A stretch of 64,000 nucleotides of DNA from positions 1 through 64,000 of the forward strand of contig CAJNYD010000069.1 in NCBI GenBank assembly GCA_905331295.1, written 5' to 3'. The notes below the pieces were generated by a model. The model saw only the letters and a program-made list of their open reading frames with translations, did no database searches and was not told where the DNA came from. Each line of letters starts with the position of its first letter. Within the stretch, counting starts at the first letter, position 1. Below are positions 1 through 11,793 of this stretch, one piece after another. This stretch comes from Rotaria socialis. Its lineage: Eukaryota. Both the position numbers and the translations under genes were made by a program.

Positions 1-243
1 CATTAAAATAATCCGCTAGGACATTATTTGTTCTGATAGGTGCTAGAACAGTTTCTGTTATAAAATAATATTGTTAGAATAAATCCGTTTGATAAAATCG
101 ATCCGAGGATAGTTGCCATTGTGATATATATAGATTTATATGATTTATAAGAGCATTTTTCCACGTTATACCACATGGAGAAAAGATCCCGGATTTTTTA
201 AAAGATCTAATAAATCCCAAAAAAATAAGTCCCGGTAGCCCCT

Positions 244-921
244 CACCGAATACGTAATTGAATGTCCTCTTTCTAATAAAACTGTTTTCAAATTAAAACG
301 CTTTGTAATGTGAAGCGTTTTCGCTCCAATACTAGTGTTGGAATCGAATTTCTGTCATTGCTTGGCTGATACTTGATAGTTTCAAACAGAATAATTCCTA
401 TGCGACTAAATATACATATTATATTTGTTTTAAGCACAAAATCTAATTGGATTTAATTATTTCTACAACTTACGTTTTCGGTCAAATTTTCACCCATGAT
501 CCCCGTCATGGATAACGAAAACAGAAACTTACTCCAAAAGCCATGTGGACAATGTAAAAGTTTCAAAACTTTGGGAATGATGTTTGAGATAAAATAGATC
601 AATTAATAATCAATCAAATAGTTGCTTTGAATAAAATATTTTGCTTTCATATAATCCTGAAGGGGACCAGACGTAAAAATCTGACCGAAAAAAAATTTGT
701 AGAAATACTTAAATCGAATTAGATTTTGTGCTTAAAACAAATATAATATTTATATTCAGTCGCATAGGCATTATTCTGTTTGAAACTATCAAGTATCAGC
801 CAAGCAATGACAGAAATTCGATTCCAACACTAGTATTGGAGCGAAAACGCTTCACATTACATCGAGTTTTAAGTTGAAAACTCTTTCATTAGAAAGAGCA
901 CATTTAATTACGTATCCGGTA
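244..921. mobile_element. Long inverted-repeat (foldback/MITE-like) element
   Basis: 244-504 is the near-perfect reverse complement of 662-921 (e.g. tgtaatgtgaagcgttttcgctccaatactagtgttggaatcgaatttctgtcattgcttggctgatacttgatagtttcaaacagaataa versus its inverse). Spacer ~157 bp, no ORF. Confidence 0.8.
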
Positions 922-1760
922 AGAAATCTTACTGGTACACCTCGAAAAACCACACTTCATAAGACTGAGAAAAGCAGTATTTGTAACTGTATGACCCGAT
1001 CGGAGCTGGTATTTAAAATTTATCGAGAGAAAAAAGATTGAATATCAAAGTGGTTCTTATATATTCTGATAGAAAAAAACATTGTGCATCGAACGGATCT
1101 ATTTTCAAACAGTATAAATCGAATATTCATGGATCTTTAGGTCAGTAACTGTTTTTTAAGGCTCCGAGAGAGTGCTGCATATGTTTCTTATTATTCGATG
1201 AAATTCAAAACTGAAACAATACTTGTAATCAGAAAGCTTACCTTTATGCAAGTATAACTATCTGTATTAAAATCAGAACAAACAAGATTTTTCAACCCTT
1301 GAGGGGGAGTCCAGATGTTAAAAATTGAGCTTTTATAAAATACGCAACAAAATTGTGGAAAATTCAATGATGCTTTTCAAGCTAATAAAATTATGTGCAG
1401 GTTTATTTTTATCAAGGAGTATGGCATTTCGTACAATGTTTTTGCATACCTGAGAGAAAGCAGAAGCTGTATAAATGCAATGGTGATAAAATGAAAAATA
1501 AGCTTCTGACAAATAAAGAGAACTCAGTGTTCGTTCTCACACTAATAAAAGGGGGATCAAACTTTATGGTATACCATTTTGCAATTTGATATACGGTTAC
1601 TTTCGAAGGATGTTTTTCTTTTTCTGTTTGCCTTTCTATTCTGAAATAGTTCTCATTCAGATTCTGCGAATAATTCAAGAAAAAATTCACCTCTACTATT
1701 GAAAATGAAGGTAGATTTCCCGATTCATTTCCATACGACTGAAGTAAATTTCACTATAGA

Positions 1761-1830
1761 AAAGGTGCGGCGGGTGCTGAAGGTGCCGAAAAGGTAATGA
1801 AGGTGCTGAAGAGGTGCTGAGGTCCGGGGG
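1761..1830 (+). repeat. Short degenerate tandem repeat of AGGTGCTG-like units
   Basis: aaggtgcgg cgggtgctg aaggtgccg aaaaggtaatg aaggtgctg aagaggtgctg aggtccgg; probably a transposon subterminal array. Confidence 0.6.
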
Positions 1831-2219
1831 TTCCAAAAGTATATTTACCCCCTTGATATTGTTGGTTTGACGAGATTTTCCCGCTTGCAATGAGAATTTA
1901 TCTCATCGATCGATTCATTGTGGATTGCTGCTTTTGTTTGATTTAGAACGTAGTCAGGCTCTTGGTGAGATCACGGGTAAGTTTTCATTGAATATCTTTT
2001 ACAAACCATAAACAGCTGTATAACTTGAGGAAATGTCGTTTACTCCGATTATAAAAGGTAGATTTTGGTAGAGAATACGTTTCTCTATATATGTCAGCTG
2101 TAAGCAAAAAATGTTAACACCACAATTAATGCGAGACAATACAAGAGAACTTTATGTGTGTTCTGAATAGTATTTATTCATTTGAATAGCTAATAGAGGA
2201 TAGCTTACTACGTGCTATA

Positions 2220-2981
2220 CCCATGGCGTAAATTTCTTCGAAAAAACCGCGTTCTGAGAACGCGTTTTCCCATAGCTGTGAAACGCGTTAACCCTTTCAA
2301 TCCCGTCATTTTCTTGCGTTCTGTATGAAGAAGAAAAAAAGAAGTTCAATCCCTCTCTGTTGCGTTCTGTCGTCACGATCAGCTGTATTTGACTCTATAT
2401 ATATTGAAGTCAATATACATATATACTGTCAAATATAGAATGCCTATATGAATCTGCAAACGATATTCTAAAAATGCCAATACGAATTCAGTGATAAATT
2501 TCTACTTTTTTGAAAATAAAAGCCTGGTATTCAAGTTTCAATTTAATGCAGGAAATCAAATTGAATTTCAATTATTGAGAAAATCAAGCATTGTCTAAAT
2601 AATAGAAATTCGATGAATAAATGATAAAAGGTTGAATGCTTTAGTTACTAAAATTGATTTTCTACAAAATAGAATTTAAAAAAAATTACAGTGTAAACCC
2701 ATTTTGGTGTCATTTAGACCCTTTGTCTTTTTCTTAGAATACAACATATGATATGCGTCGTCGAAGAAGATGACAGAACGAAAAAAAATTGTTTCGTGTT
2801 CTTCATGTCATCTACGAGATGACATGTGGGATTGAACGGGTTAATGCTAGCCGGCTTAACGCATTCCACATCTGCCAAAGCAAACGTTGCGGAACGATCA
2901 TTTCTTGACAGCGTTTTGTACTGTTTCCGAAACTGTGGTATCGTATATTTTGGATGAAAAAAAATTGAAAACTATCAAGTA
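2220..2981 (+). mobile_element. Terminus of a TIR DNA transposon family (CCCATGGCGTAAA end), interrupted by a piggyBac-type MITE
   Basis: 2220-2285 and 2888-2981 match the inverse of 6960-7110. The same 13-bp terminus, preceded by TATA, recurs at 5179. Confidence 0.7.
2292..2840. mobile_element. piggyBac-type non-autonomous element (MITE), 549 bp
   Basis: TTAA at 2288-2291 and at 2841-2844. 13-bp TIRs CCCTTTCAATCCC / GGGATTGAACGGG (12/13 match). Subterminal inverted motif cgttctgtcgtc / gatgacagaacg. Confidence 0.88.
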
Positions 2982-4351
2982 CTTNAATGTGAACGCGAAA
3001 ATACTACACTATTCATACCTGAAGACGAGTTAACATTGAAGTCGATAAGATCCTTATTTTTACGTCAACGAAGTTACTCATCATCCAATGTTATACATGT
3101 AGGTGTTTTTAGTGATAAAAAAAATCGCAGTGGCATGAATTATCGTATAATGGATGAAAGCAGTTCATCAAATATGTTAGACTCAGATCCTACTTCTCCT
3201 TCATGTGGGAAAATATTTGGTACATATTATTTCTCGCTATTTTCGTTGCCACCTGGACCAATCATACCAAGAACTCGACTCCAAGATCGACAGAGTGGCT
3301 GTGGATATGTTGATATTCGATCTGAGACTGATCTATCGATTTCATGTGATGAACGTTCTTGTAATCAGTTGGCCACTGCAGTTTGTCAGAAAGCACCAAT
3401 ACGAAAGAGTCGTGCAGTTGTGGCAAAACGGTTTGTAATCAATGCAATGCACATTTTTAAATAGATTCTACTGTAAAAGCTATCAAATCATTTCAGAGTA
3501 GTTTGAATCTTGAGAAAAACGATTTGAAGAATAACTTAGATTCAACAATAGACAAAAAATCGATCGATGAGATAAATGTTCATTTCAAGCGGAAAAATAC
3601 CGTTCAGGTCAAAAATGAATTATTCTGCCGTTCTGTCTATGACAGAAGACAAACTATATAAGTACAAGTCAGCCTGTATATACTAAATTTATATCGAATA
3701 CTTTTGTTGCCAATGTTCAGAAAACATATCCGTACATATACAACATATTCCATGCTATGCAGAAGTTTACACATACACCAAACATGAATAGTTTTCATTT
3801 CCATTCTTCACATTCTTTCTTTCTCAAAGATTCATTGAAAATAAACTTCTTACCAGCTCTTTGACATTCGTCACTCATTACCACAAAACTATGAAAGCTT
3901 TCACTTATATCGTAAATGATTTTCGGCATCCTATCTTCATGCAAATTTGCCAATCATTGTTTTAACCAAAGTCAATCATAATCTAACCGACTATAAATTT
4001 TCCCAACATCCTTAGTATCGTGCAAACTCACTTTTCTGCTAGCGAATAGATATGTATCCTCACTTTCGATCGCAAACTAAAGCATTTTTTTTCTATAGGA
4101 ATAATGATATTTCATTTATCCAGAGCATTTTTCCCAATGGAGGTTTCATTTATCTGCTGTAAATTCATTTGTATAGTGGTGTGACGTGACCGGAGAACGG
4201 TATATTTTCGTTACTGTTTATTTGTCTAGTGTGTTTATCGTAAGTTTAGTTTTTAGGCATTTTTCACCTGAACGTCATTTTTCCGCTTGAAACGAACATT
4301 TATGTCACCGATCAAATATTTGTCTAATCCTTTTCTATTGTCTTTTTACAG

Positions 4352-4583
4352 TGTTTATGATGGATCTTTGTTGAATGGTCAGTCGAATTCTGTTGGGAAG
4401 CATTTAGCTGCAGTCATCTGGATGTTTTCACTTGTTTTTATTCTCTTAATTATTGGATTTAGCTATGTACTATACAATCGTTATCTAATGCGAAAGAATA
4501 ATAGTTTCATTGTTACAACTAGACGTAATAATGATTCTGCTTATTCTCAATTGTCAACTGGAAACGAATTTGATTTGAATTAG
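4352..4583 (+). CDS. Terminal exon of a single-pass membrane protein (upstream exons not identified)
   Basis: Acceptor tctttttacag at 4351. Encodes a hydrophobic helix (LAAVIWMFSLVFILLIIGFSYVLY), a basic stop-transfer stretch and a tail with a YSQL motif. TAG at 4583. Confidence 0.55.
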
Positions 4584-5178
4584 AACTAAATTATTATTTT
4601 ATTTGACGAGTTACATTTGAAATGTAGACTTTTGATTGACTTTTTTCTTTAAATTTTCGAACACTAGCGATAAATTACCAAATTTCTTTGCACTTGTCAT
4701 GCCAGTTTGTCTCATATCAATGACAGAAGAAAATGGCACGTGCTCTGAAATCTAAATTTTAATTAAATTCTCGAAATATGCCGCGTATGTCGCCCAATTA
4801 CGCGACAGCCTGTTTCATATATTGTGTTGCTATAAACATAACACATACAACCCATTTCATCTTCCTGTGTGCACAATGAAAGTTACTTGAAAATGAATAT
4901 ACTTTTTCTTTCAATTCTCTGCCATTCAAATATGTAAGTTTTCTCTCCACTTACGAAATTTTAATCCATGTTTCGGGTTAAATTTACAGATAAATTAGCA
5001 CTCTCGATGGCCATTATTTATAGCTACGTAAGCACTGATTCATTTTCATCGAAAATTCCGTCAAGAATGGATGATAAAATAGTTGTTTCAGAGTCTACAT
5101 TGTAAATGTCAGATACGCGCGTCATAGAACACAGTTTTCAAGATTATCTCTTTTATTTCTATTTAAGATATTATTATA

Positions 5179-5800
5179 CCCATGGCGTAAAAAATTGAAG
5201 GAAGCGGGCCACGTAACGCGTTTCTTCAAGACAAAATGCCTTTCGCAGCATTTTATTGAGATAGAATGCGTTTCGCTACGTTGATTTTTCGAAGCAATCC
5301 GAAAAGTTTCTTTTCTACATTGCGTTTCGAACCGTTTTTGAATTGAAACGCTGTGAAACGCACTTCAGCCGGCAGACAACGCGTTTTAGAGTCACAATTT
5401 AAAGAAGATGTGCAATGCGTTTCTGTTTCAAACGCGTTTTGCATCATTTCAATCAGAAATGATGCATAATGCATCCATCCTGTTACAGAACTTTCCATAT
5501 GAAATGCATGTGAGTTAAGCAAAAATTAATTTCTTTCCATTATTTTGGAAACGATGTGAAATGATTTATAGAAGGTTTGCTAGTCGAATGATTTTAAAAC
5601 ACGAGCAACGTGATGCGAATCTTCTGTATGCAAGGTCAGAATTCCAGTCTTCTAAAATCTAATGACTTTAAGCCGTTCTATAAAGCAAATTCGAACTTAG
5701 ACTATTGTTGAGCACCAGAGTATAACAAGAGTACTTGCTTTCCCTTCGAAAAATCATTTCGCTGGGCTTTCACCGAAATAAAATGCATTTCGTAGCGTTC
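5179..5800 (+). mobile_element. Second CCCATGGCGTAAA-terminus transposon remnant
   Basis: TATA|CCCATGGCGTAAA at 5179, followed by many GAAACGC/GCGTTTC motifs like those in the 2220 and 7110 copies. Right boundary approximate. Confidence 0.55.
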
Positions 5801-6026
5801 AATGAAGAGCTGCTTTCAATATTGAGCAGTTAGAGGATATTTAGTAACGGATAATACAAAGATAATACTTATGAAGCTGCTTTGTTTTGTTGGCGTGTGA
5901 AAGAATTTTCGTGTAATCTAAGATTTCAATAATAATTATTGTGAATCATATACAGATTACCCGATACTTGTTACGACCGAAGTGTTCCCCTTCGATCGTA
6001 AGACGGAACAAACGAATAATACACGC

Positions 6027-6097
6027 TCCTTCCTAGTATAGTGGTAGTGCAGCTGCCCGGAAAGCAGAAGACGTTGGTTCGACTCCATCGGAGGGAG
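6027..6097 (+). ncRNA. tRNA-derived cloverleaf (tRNA-Asp-like body, GGA at the anticodon position); pseudo-tRNA or retroelement-borne tRNA-like module
   Basis: Acceptor TCCTTCC/GGAGGGA, A-box TAGTATAGTGGT, anticodon arm GCTGC-CCGGAAA-GCAGA, T arm GTTGG-TTCGACT-CCATC. C at position 33, stem mismatches and a short variable loop argue against a canonical tRNA-Ser. Confidence 0.75.
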
Positions 6098-6489
6098 ATT
6101 ATCCTTTTGTTCCATTCTGTTGTCATAGTATCACGTTGCTGCCTCGCTGATAACTGAGTTTAATAATGTGAGAGAAAAGAATACATAGCAATACTGACTA
6201 ATGATACTACCTACAAAGCGACTAAAATATGATTTTGGTTCGTATGATATTCATGTAACTGGGCTTCGATTACAGAAGAAACTCGGATTACAGAAGAAGC
6301 TTTCTTTCATTTATCATTGTCATTGAGTTGAAGGATGTTGAATTCATAGCCACAAAAATCAATAAATAAGAAAATAAAACGCAAACATTTTTAAGTTTAA
6401 TTCTTCTCAATTCATATTTCATGCATTCAATTTTTCTAAAATATTAAATCCAATTTAGATCCGATTAAATTTGTTCCAATGGGGTGTCG

Positions 6490-6599
6490 CTAATCCACTC
6501 TCCCCGACGACTCCCCGCAAAATAATGAAATCCCTGTCGTAAGTCCCCGGGGATTTGTCAGGGGACTCCCTGGGGATTCTTCGAGGGAGAGTTGACTAG
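6490..6599. mobile_element. Small GC-rich hairpin element (MITE-like)
   Basis: ctaatccactctccc versus gggagagttgactag (13/15 inverted match). Internal TCCCC/GGGGA motifs in AT-rich surroundings. Confidence 0.55.
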
Positions 6600-6959
6600 G
6601 GTGTACTCAACTTTAAATTTCAAAGAAGGTAAAAATAAAGTAAACCAAGAGGAATATGACAACAATAATTGGATTTAAGTATCAAGGAAGTGATCATTTT
6701 TAATTTATCGATATGAGAAACCGAAAATCTATTTCAATAACAAGTTTATGGGAGAGTCAGAATAACGAGACAATAAATAGAGATATCATTTGACTATTTT
6801 AGTTGTACGGTTTGTGTGCATGTCTTTTAGTATTTTGTTCTCGTGTTCGAATCCATCTCTTAACTTTATCGAAGTTTATGTAAATTATAGTTCTAGAGTT
6901 CTATGAATCAATGCAAACGAGTATATATGGATTGTATATACAACTCAACTTCTATGAAA

Positions 6960-7110
6960 TACTTGATGGTGTTCAATTTTTTTTCATCCAAAATATACGA
7001 TACCACAGTTTCGGAAACAGTACAAAACGCTGTCAAGAAATGATCGTTTCGCAGCTATGGGAAAACGCGTTCTCAGAACGCGTTTTTTTCGAAGAAATTT
7101 ACGCCATGGG
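6960..7110 (-). mobile_element. Inverted terminus of the CCCATGGCGTAAA transposon family
   Basis: Its reverse complement matches 2220-2285 joined directly to 2888-2981. Confidence 0.75.
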
Positions 7111-7552
7111 AGGGGGAGAAGATACCTCCACACCCACACTAGGTACCCCATCGTATGGTATAGTAGTATAGTGGTATACTGCTTATACCGCTATACCACT
7201 ACAGTTTTTATTTTGTCACAAATAGAGATGATGTTAATGAATTCGATTTTGCCGCAAATTCATATTCCCCATCATATGAATGAATTAGTTGATCTACGTA
7301 GTAATGAATATATAATAACAAAGCTTATTATTCGCCTAATAGAGAAGCCTTCAGATCTTTTTTTAACGTTTTCTTGCAATTAAATCTACAGAATCTGTAT
7401 TAAAAGTTGATAAATTTGCTTTTCTTGAATCATTTATTGAAAATGCATTGAAATTGATATAAAATCATTCACATTAATTGTTTTTAGTTTCCGTTGATTT
7501 CTATTGATTTCAATTTGATTCCTGTGCTTGAAATCAGTTTGTTCCCCATTGA

Positions 7553-7924
7553 TTGAAATTAGGAAAAGTAGTGGTAGCTTTATTCATCTTATACTATACC
7601 TATTTATTAAATGAATTCTATGGTTCAATTCTTGTGCCGGCCATTATGATGGGTTTAATGTCAACTTTTATTTTCTATTTCACAAATGATCAATGGACAA
7701 TAACAGTATCTCAATCAGTCTTAGTTTTAATGGGTGTTGTCATAATTGTTGGTCACTGTTTATTTCCAAAGTTGGATAAACATTTGAAGAAGCAATGGTC
7801 AGCATATCAACGTTGGTTGTTTAAAGATAATAGAACCGTCTTCATGAAAATATTCACCACAAGGATGGTGAAAATGAAGGCCAATGATGTTCTTGTGCAT
7901 CACTTTGTGTTAAATGTTATATAA
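7553..7924 (+). pseudogene. Hydrophobic multi-TM ORF fragment of unknown family
   Basis: Three hydrophobic segments. Non-ATG start with in-frame stops just upstream. No recognisable motif. Confidence 0.3.
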
Positions 7925-8410
7925 TGACATATTAACCATGAATATATGCGTTGCATATTTTTATATAAGCTAATATGCAATGTAGAATTTATTGTAACAT
8001 TCTATTTTTTGTACCATAATGTGTTGCTTTAAATGAAATAATCTTTGGTTTCAATCCCTTGCGTTATTAAATAAATTTATAAAAAAAATGAAAAAGAAAT
8101 GAGCAAATATGAAGAATGCAAAAATTAGAAAGATGGTTCTTACTCAAACGCTTGATTATCCTGCAGAAACACCATTAGTCTACAAGAGACTTTTACACTT
8201 AACATATTTCGTATTTGTTTAGTGAGGTTAGAGAATATATCTGACCGTCAACTATTTAATTTTTCAACAAATAAAATATTTAAAGAAAAAAGTCATACAC
8301 AGTAAACGAGATTAGATTTTGATTTTCGTATGAATAAATTTTAAAAAAATGGGTAGTTGAAATAATAATCTTGTCCTGTGATTTACTGTAGAGTTCGTTT
8401 TTTTTTATAG

Positions 8411-8785
8411 ATTAATTGATCGCGATCATCTTATTCTAGAACATCTTGAAGTGACTGCTTCCCTTGAGACATACATCAGTTATCTTACTCAACTTGCCAC
8501 AGATCATCAAGAAGATGATAATCAATTCAAAGAAAAAATTCAAACACAACTTAACAGACTCTTGAGAGAAAACCGATTTCGAAGTAAGCCATAAAGCAGA
8601 AATGAAATGATGCTTACAATTTTTCTTTAGTCGAGCTTGAGGATATGGCATTCGTTTTGAACTACATGAAACCACAAACAAACAAAGGTACTGATGACAT
8701 TAATGAAGCTACAGTTCAGAGAATCCAATGTATTTTAGAAAAAAAGTGTCACAGTCTGGCACACGATCATAACACGCTTAAATGA
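8411..8785 (+). pseudogene. Two-exon coding-like fragment (helical protein remnant)
   Basis: Acceptor ttttatag at 8410, then LIDRDHLILEHLEVTASLETYISYLTQLATDHQEDDNQFKEKIQTQLNRLLRENRFR, a gtaag...ctttag intron ending at 8630, and ELEDMAFVLNYMKP... ending in an early stop. Confidence 0.35.
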
Positions 8786-11096
8786 GAAAAACTATCAGAT
8801 TTCATTGGACCACGATGTCTTTTGACGAAAACCATTCAAATAGTTTTGAAAAGAAAAATCCAATGAGATTGTGTAAACATTTTTTAAAGATGATATTTCA
8901 TTGTTGACTTACACTTTTTGGGTTTTTTTTCATAAATTAAATCATTAATATCACCCATCGATGAACGTCTCGCCAATGATATTATTCTATTCTTAATATT
9001 GTTGTTACGAATCATGGAAGATCTCTACAACATTAAATTGAATTCAAGTGTAGATAATTGATTAAAATTACTCATTGATAACAATCGAGTGTCAATGTTG
9101 CTTTGTGCTCAATGATATTTTGATCTACTAAAATTTTCCATAGAAATACTTTCGGTGCAATCATAATGAGGATAGCAACCTATTATGTCATTCAAGCTAG
9201 TAGAATATAGACCGGGTGGTATGGAAACTTTATCAAAAATAATATTCTTGATGATATTGTTGGAAAAGGAATAAGTTTCTTGTTTTATGATGTTTTCAAT
9301 GCTCATGTGATTTTCAGTATGAAGAAGTTTTTCTTTGTTTATTGTCGATCTCAACGGGTTGCATATCATTCCGACTGATATGAATAATATGGGCGAAATT
9401 TGAATAGAACCAATTTGCTTTGTTTGCTCTTGTATCATCGATTGAGATTTTTGTTTATTATAGGCAGCAAGACCAATTTGCATATTGTCTCTTTTCTCAT
9501 ATTATTTTTGGTTATGAATAATGATAGATTGAATTTAGTTCAAACTTACACAAATCACATTATTTGGTCTTTGACTAATTTGCCGTGACGAAAAAAGTAT
9601 TTTAGAATTTGTACACGACTACATCTTGTTTTTCAGTTACAACTGTGTAATTCTTGATCACTAGTTGATGAAGTTATTTTTTCGAATTTAGGATTAGCTT
9701 CATATAAAGTAATTATGCCTAAGAAGAATTTAATTTACATTTGTGAAACATGACCATATAGATGGAATATTTTGTAGTGGAATTGATTTATGTTACTATT
9801 AGAGAAAAAAATTGAACAGTTTTCTACTGAATGTGTAAAGTTTCATTCTGTATGTTTTTGTCATTGTCTGAACGAAAAAATGATTCAAGAAAAGTATATG
9901 CCCACGACATGTATTGATGTATTTTGTTTTTATATTGTTGTATTGAAAAACAAGAAAACCAATGAAATAATTTCATTTGCGGAAGACATTACTCTGTATA
10001 ATATTGTGCCCGTAATTTCATAGATTCTCAATATTCACTGTTTGTTTTTAACAGAAAAGTAACGGAGTCATCATGATCGATAATTACTTTTTCATTTAAG
10101 ATTTTAACTTATTGAAGTATTTTTATATTAAATATAAAAATGATTATTGATCAATTGAAGGGATATTTGCTGAAAGTATTAATAGTTAGGCTTTCATAAA
10201 CTAATATATATATATATATATATATTACTGTGCTATTTTCATTGGCGTTATATGATTTGCAAAAGTTTCACATTGATATTCTCATTGAATATATCGTTCA
10301 TGTTAGACAAACTCATCTGAATTAATTTTTTGGAAATGAGCTCAATTTCTGGAATGTTTGTCTTTGTATACATCACCTGCGAGAGTTAACAATGATAGAT
10401 AGCCCGTATTCACATGAATATGATCTGAACAAATTGAAACATTAAATTAACATAAGTTCTAAATTATGTATTTGAAGTACTGTTGTGCTCATTATTTATC
10501 AATAAGATTATTTATTACTAATGCTTCCGTAATCAATTCTCTAACAGTTACACAACACTCATAAACAATGCTATTTCTATCAATTTTCATTGATACTTAT
10601 GATAAAACAAATCAGTTAGTGTGACATGAAAGAATATTATAAAACCTATTATAAGAATAAACAGCTTGAGCGACTAACATCTGGAAAGTAATTCATATTC
10701 AATACACGTGTTTACACGTTAATTATGTATTCGATATTTTCAATAATAGACGAGAATAGACGTTGCTGTACAAGGAAACAAGAATAAAGTCCATTTTCTG
10801 TTACATGCAATATTCTTTTCTATTTCGAAATATTAGAAAAGATATGAAGGAAAAAACAACTGAAAGTAGTTCATCAATTACGAACAAATGGAAAATTGTG
10901 CATACGATCTATTACGGAAAGAGAAATAGAGATAACAACATTGGTTGAGTCATTGACAACTTACACCTCAAAACAAATGTCTTATTGCTCTCTTTGCTAT
11001 TGACGGCATTAGTTAAATCGAACAAAGGAGCATGCGCACTTATATTGATATTGTCTCTTGAGCGATTGAATTGACACAATTGTTAAGCAGATAAAA

Positions 11097-11793
11097 ATGA
11101 ATCGATCATATGTTCAATTGAAAGATTTACCTGATGAACTTCTTATTTTTATTTTCAAACAAATGAACAATGTTGAAATTCTCTATTCTTTATTCGGTGT
11201 CGATGAACGATTCGATTCTATTCTACAAGATCCAATTTTTACAAATCATTTGAATTTCTTGAAATGGTCTTCGAAGAAATTTCTCAACATATTTTCTCCT
11301 GATATTATATTTGATCGATTTTGTTTACAAATTTTACCAGCAGTTCGTGAGAAAATTCAATGACTTCGTATTGACTCATCATCTATGAATCAAATTCTAC
11401 ATGCTACTCATTATCCCAATTTACATGGATTGGGTCTATTCAATATCGAAGAAGAAACAATTAAAAGTCTTTTCACTGGTAAGAAAAATCTCAAGATCTA
11501 ATTGTTATAGTATAGTACACAAGTGGTCGACTGATTAAAATTAATATGACTATTGTTTGTTAATATTATTATTTGTATGTCTAGATGTAAATCTTTCATC
11601 TGGTCGTTTTAACAATCAGATTTCCAAGCTTCTAGTTACAATTGGTAATGGTCGGAATCTGAAGGATTATTCGACAATGGAATGCATTATCAATCATATT
11701 TTCACTGTGTTCAAGAAGTTAACTCATTTAACATTTGTCGAAGCATTGTATCAAAATGCCATTGACGTTAGTAACGTTCAGCTTGTAAGTTAA
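11097..11793 (+). pseudogene. F-box (LRR-type) protein pseudogene
   Basis: N-terminal F-box LKDLPDELLIFIFKQMNNVEILYSL. In-frame TGA at 11361 with coding-like continuation LRIDSSSMNQILHATHYPNLHGLGLFNIEEE. GT-AG intron 11479-11584. Exon 2 truncated. Confidence 0.8.

Larger units (their letters stand above)
1869..3604. mobile_element. Degenerate TIR element (inverted ~45-bp ends) hosting nested insertions
   Basis: 1869-1915 (gattttcccgcttgcaatgagaatttatctcatcgatcgatt) is the imperfect inverse of 3558-3604 (aatcgatcgatgagataaatgttcatttcaagcggaaaaat). Broken coding-like sequence at ~3050-3460. Confidence 0.5.

Noticed and set aside
1761..1830. CRISPR-like array
   Set aside because: Units are 8-12 bp with no unique spacers, there are no cas genes, and the context is eukaryotic.
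3036..3464. 142-aa ORF as an intact gene
   Set aside because: Non-ATG start, competing overlapping frames, and position inside nested TE remnants. No motif recognised.
6027..6097. Functional tRNA-Ser(GGA)
   Set aside because: No long variable arm, C instead of U at position 33, and mismatches in the anticodon and T stems. Eukaryotes normally use AGA(I) for this codon box.
9109..9483. 124-aa minus-strand ORF
   Set aside because: Possibly a decayed gene fragment, but no recognisable motif or consistent exon structure.
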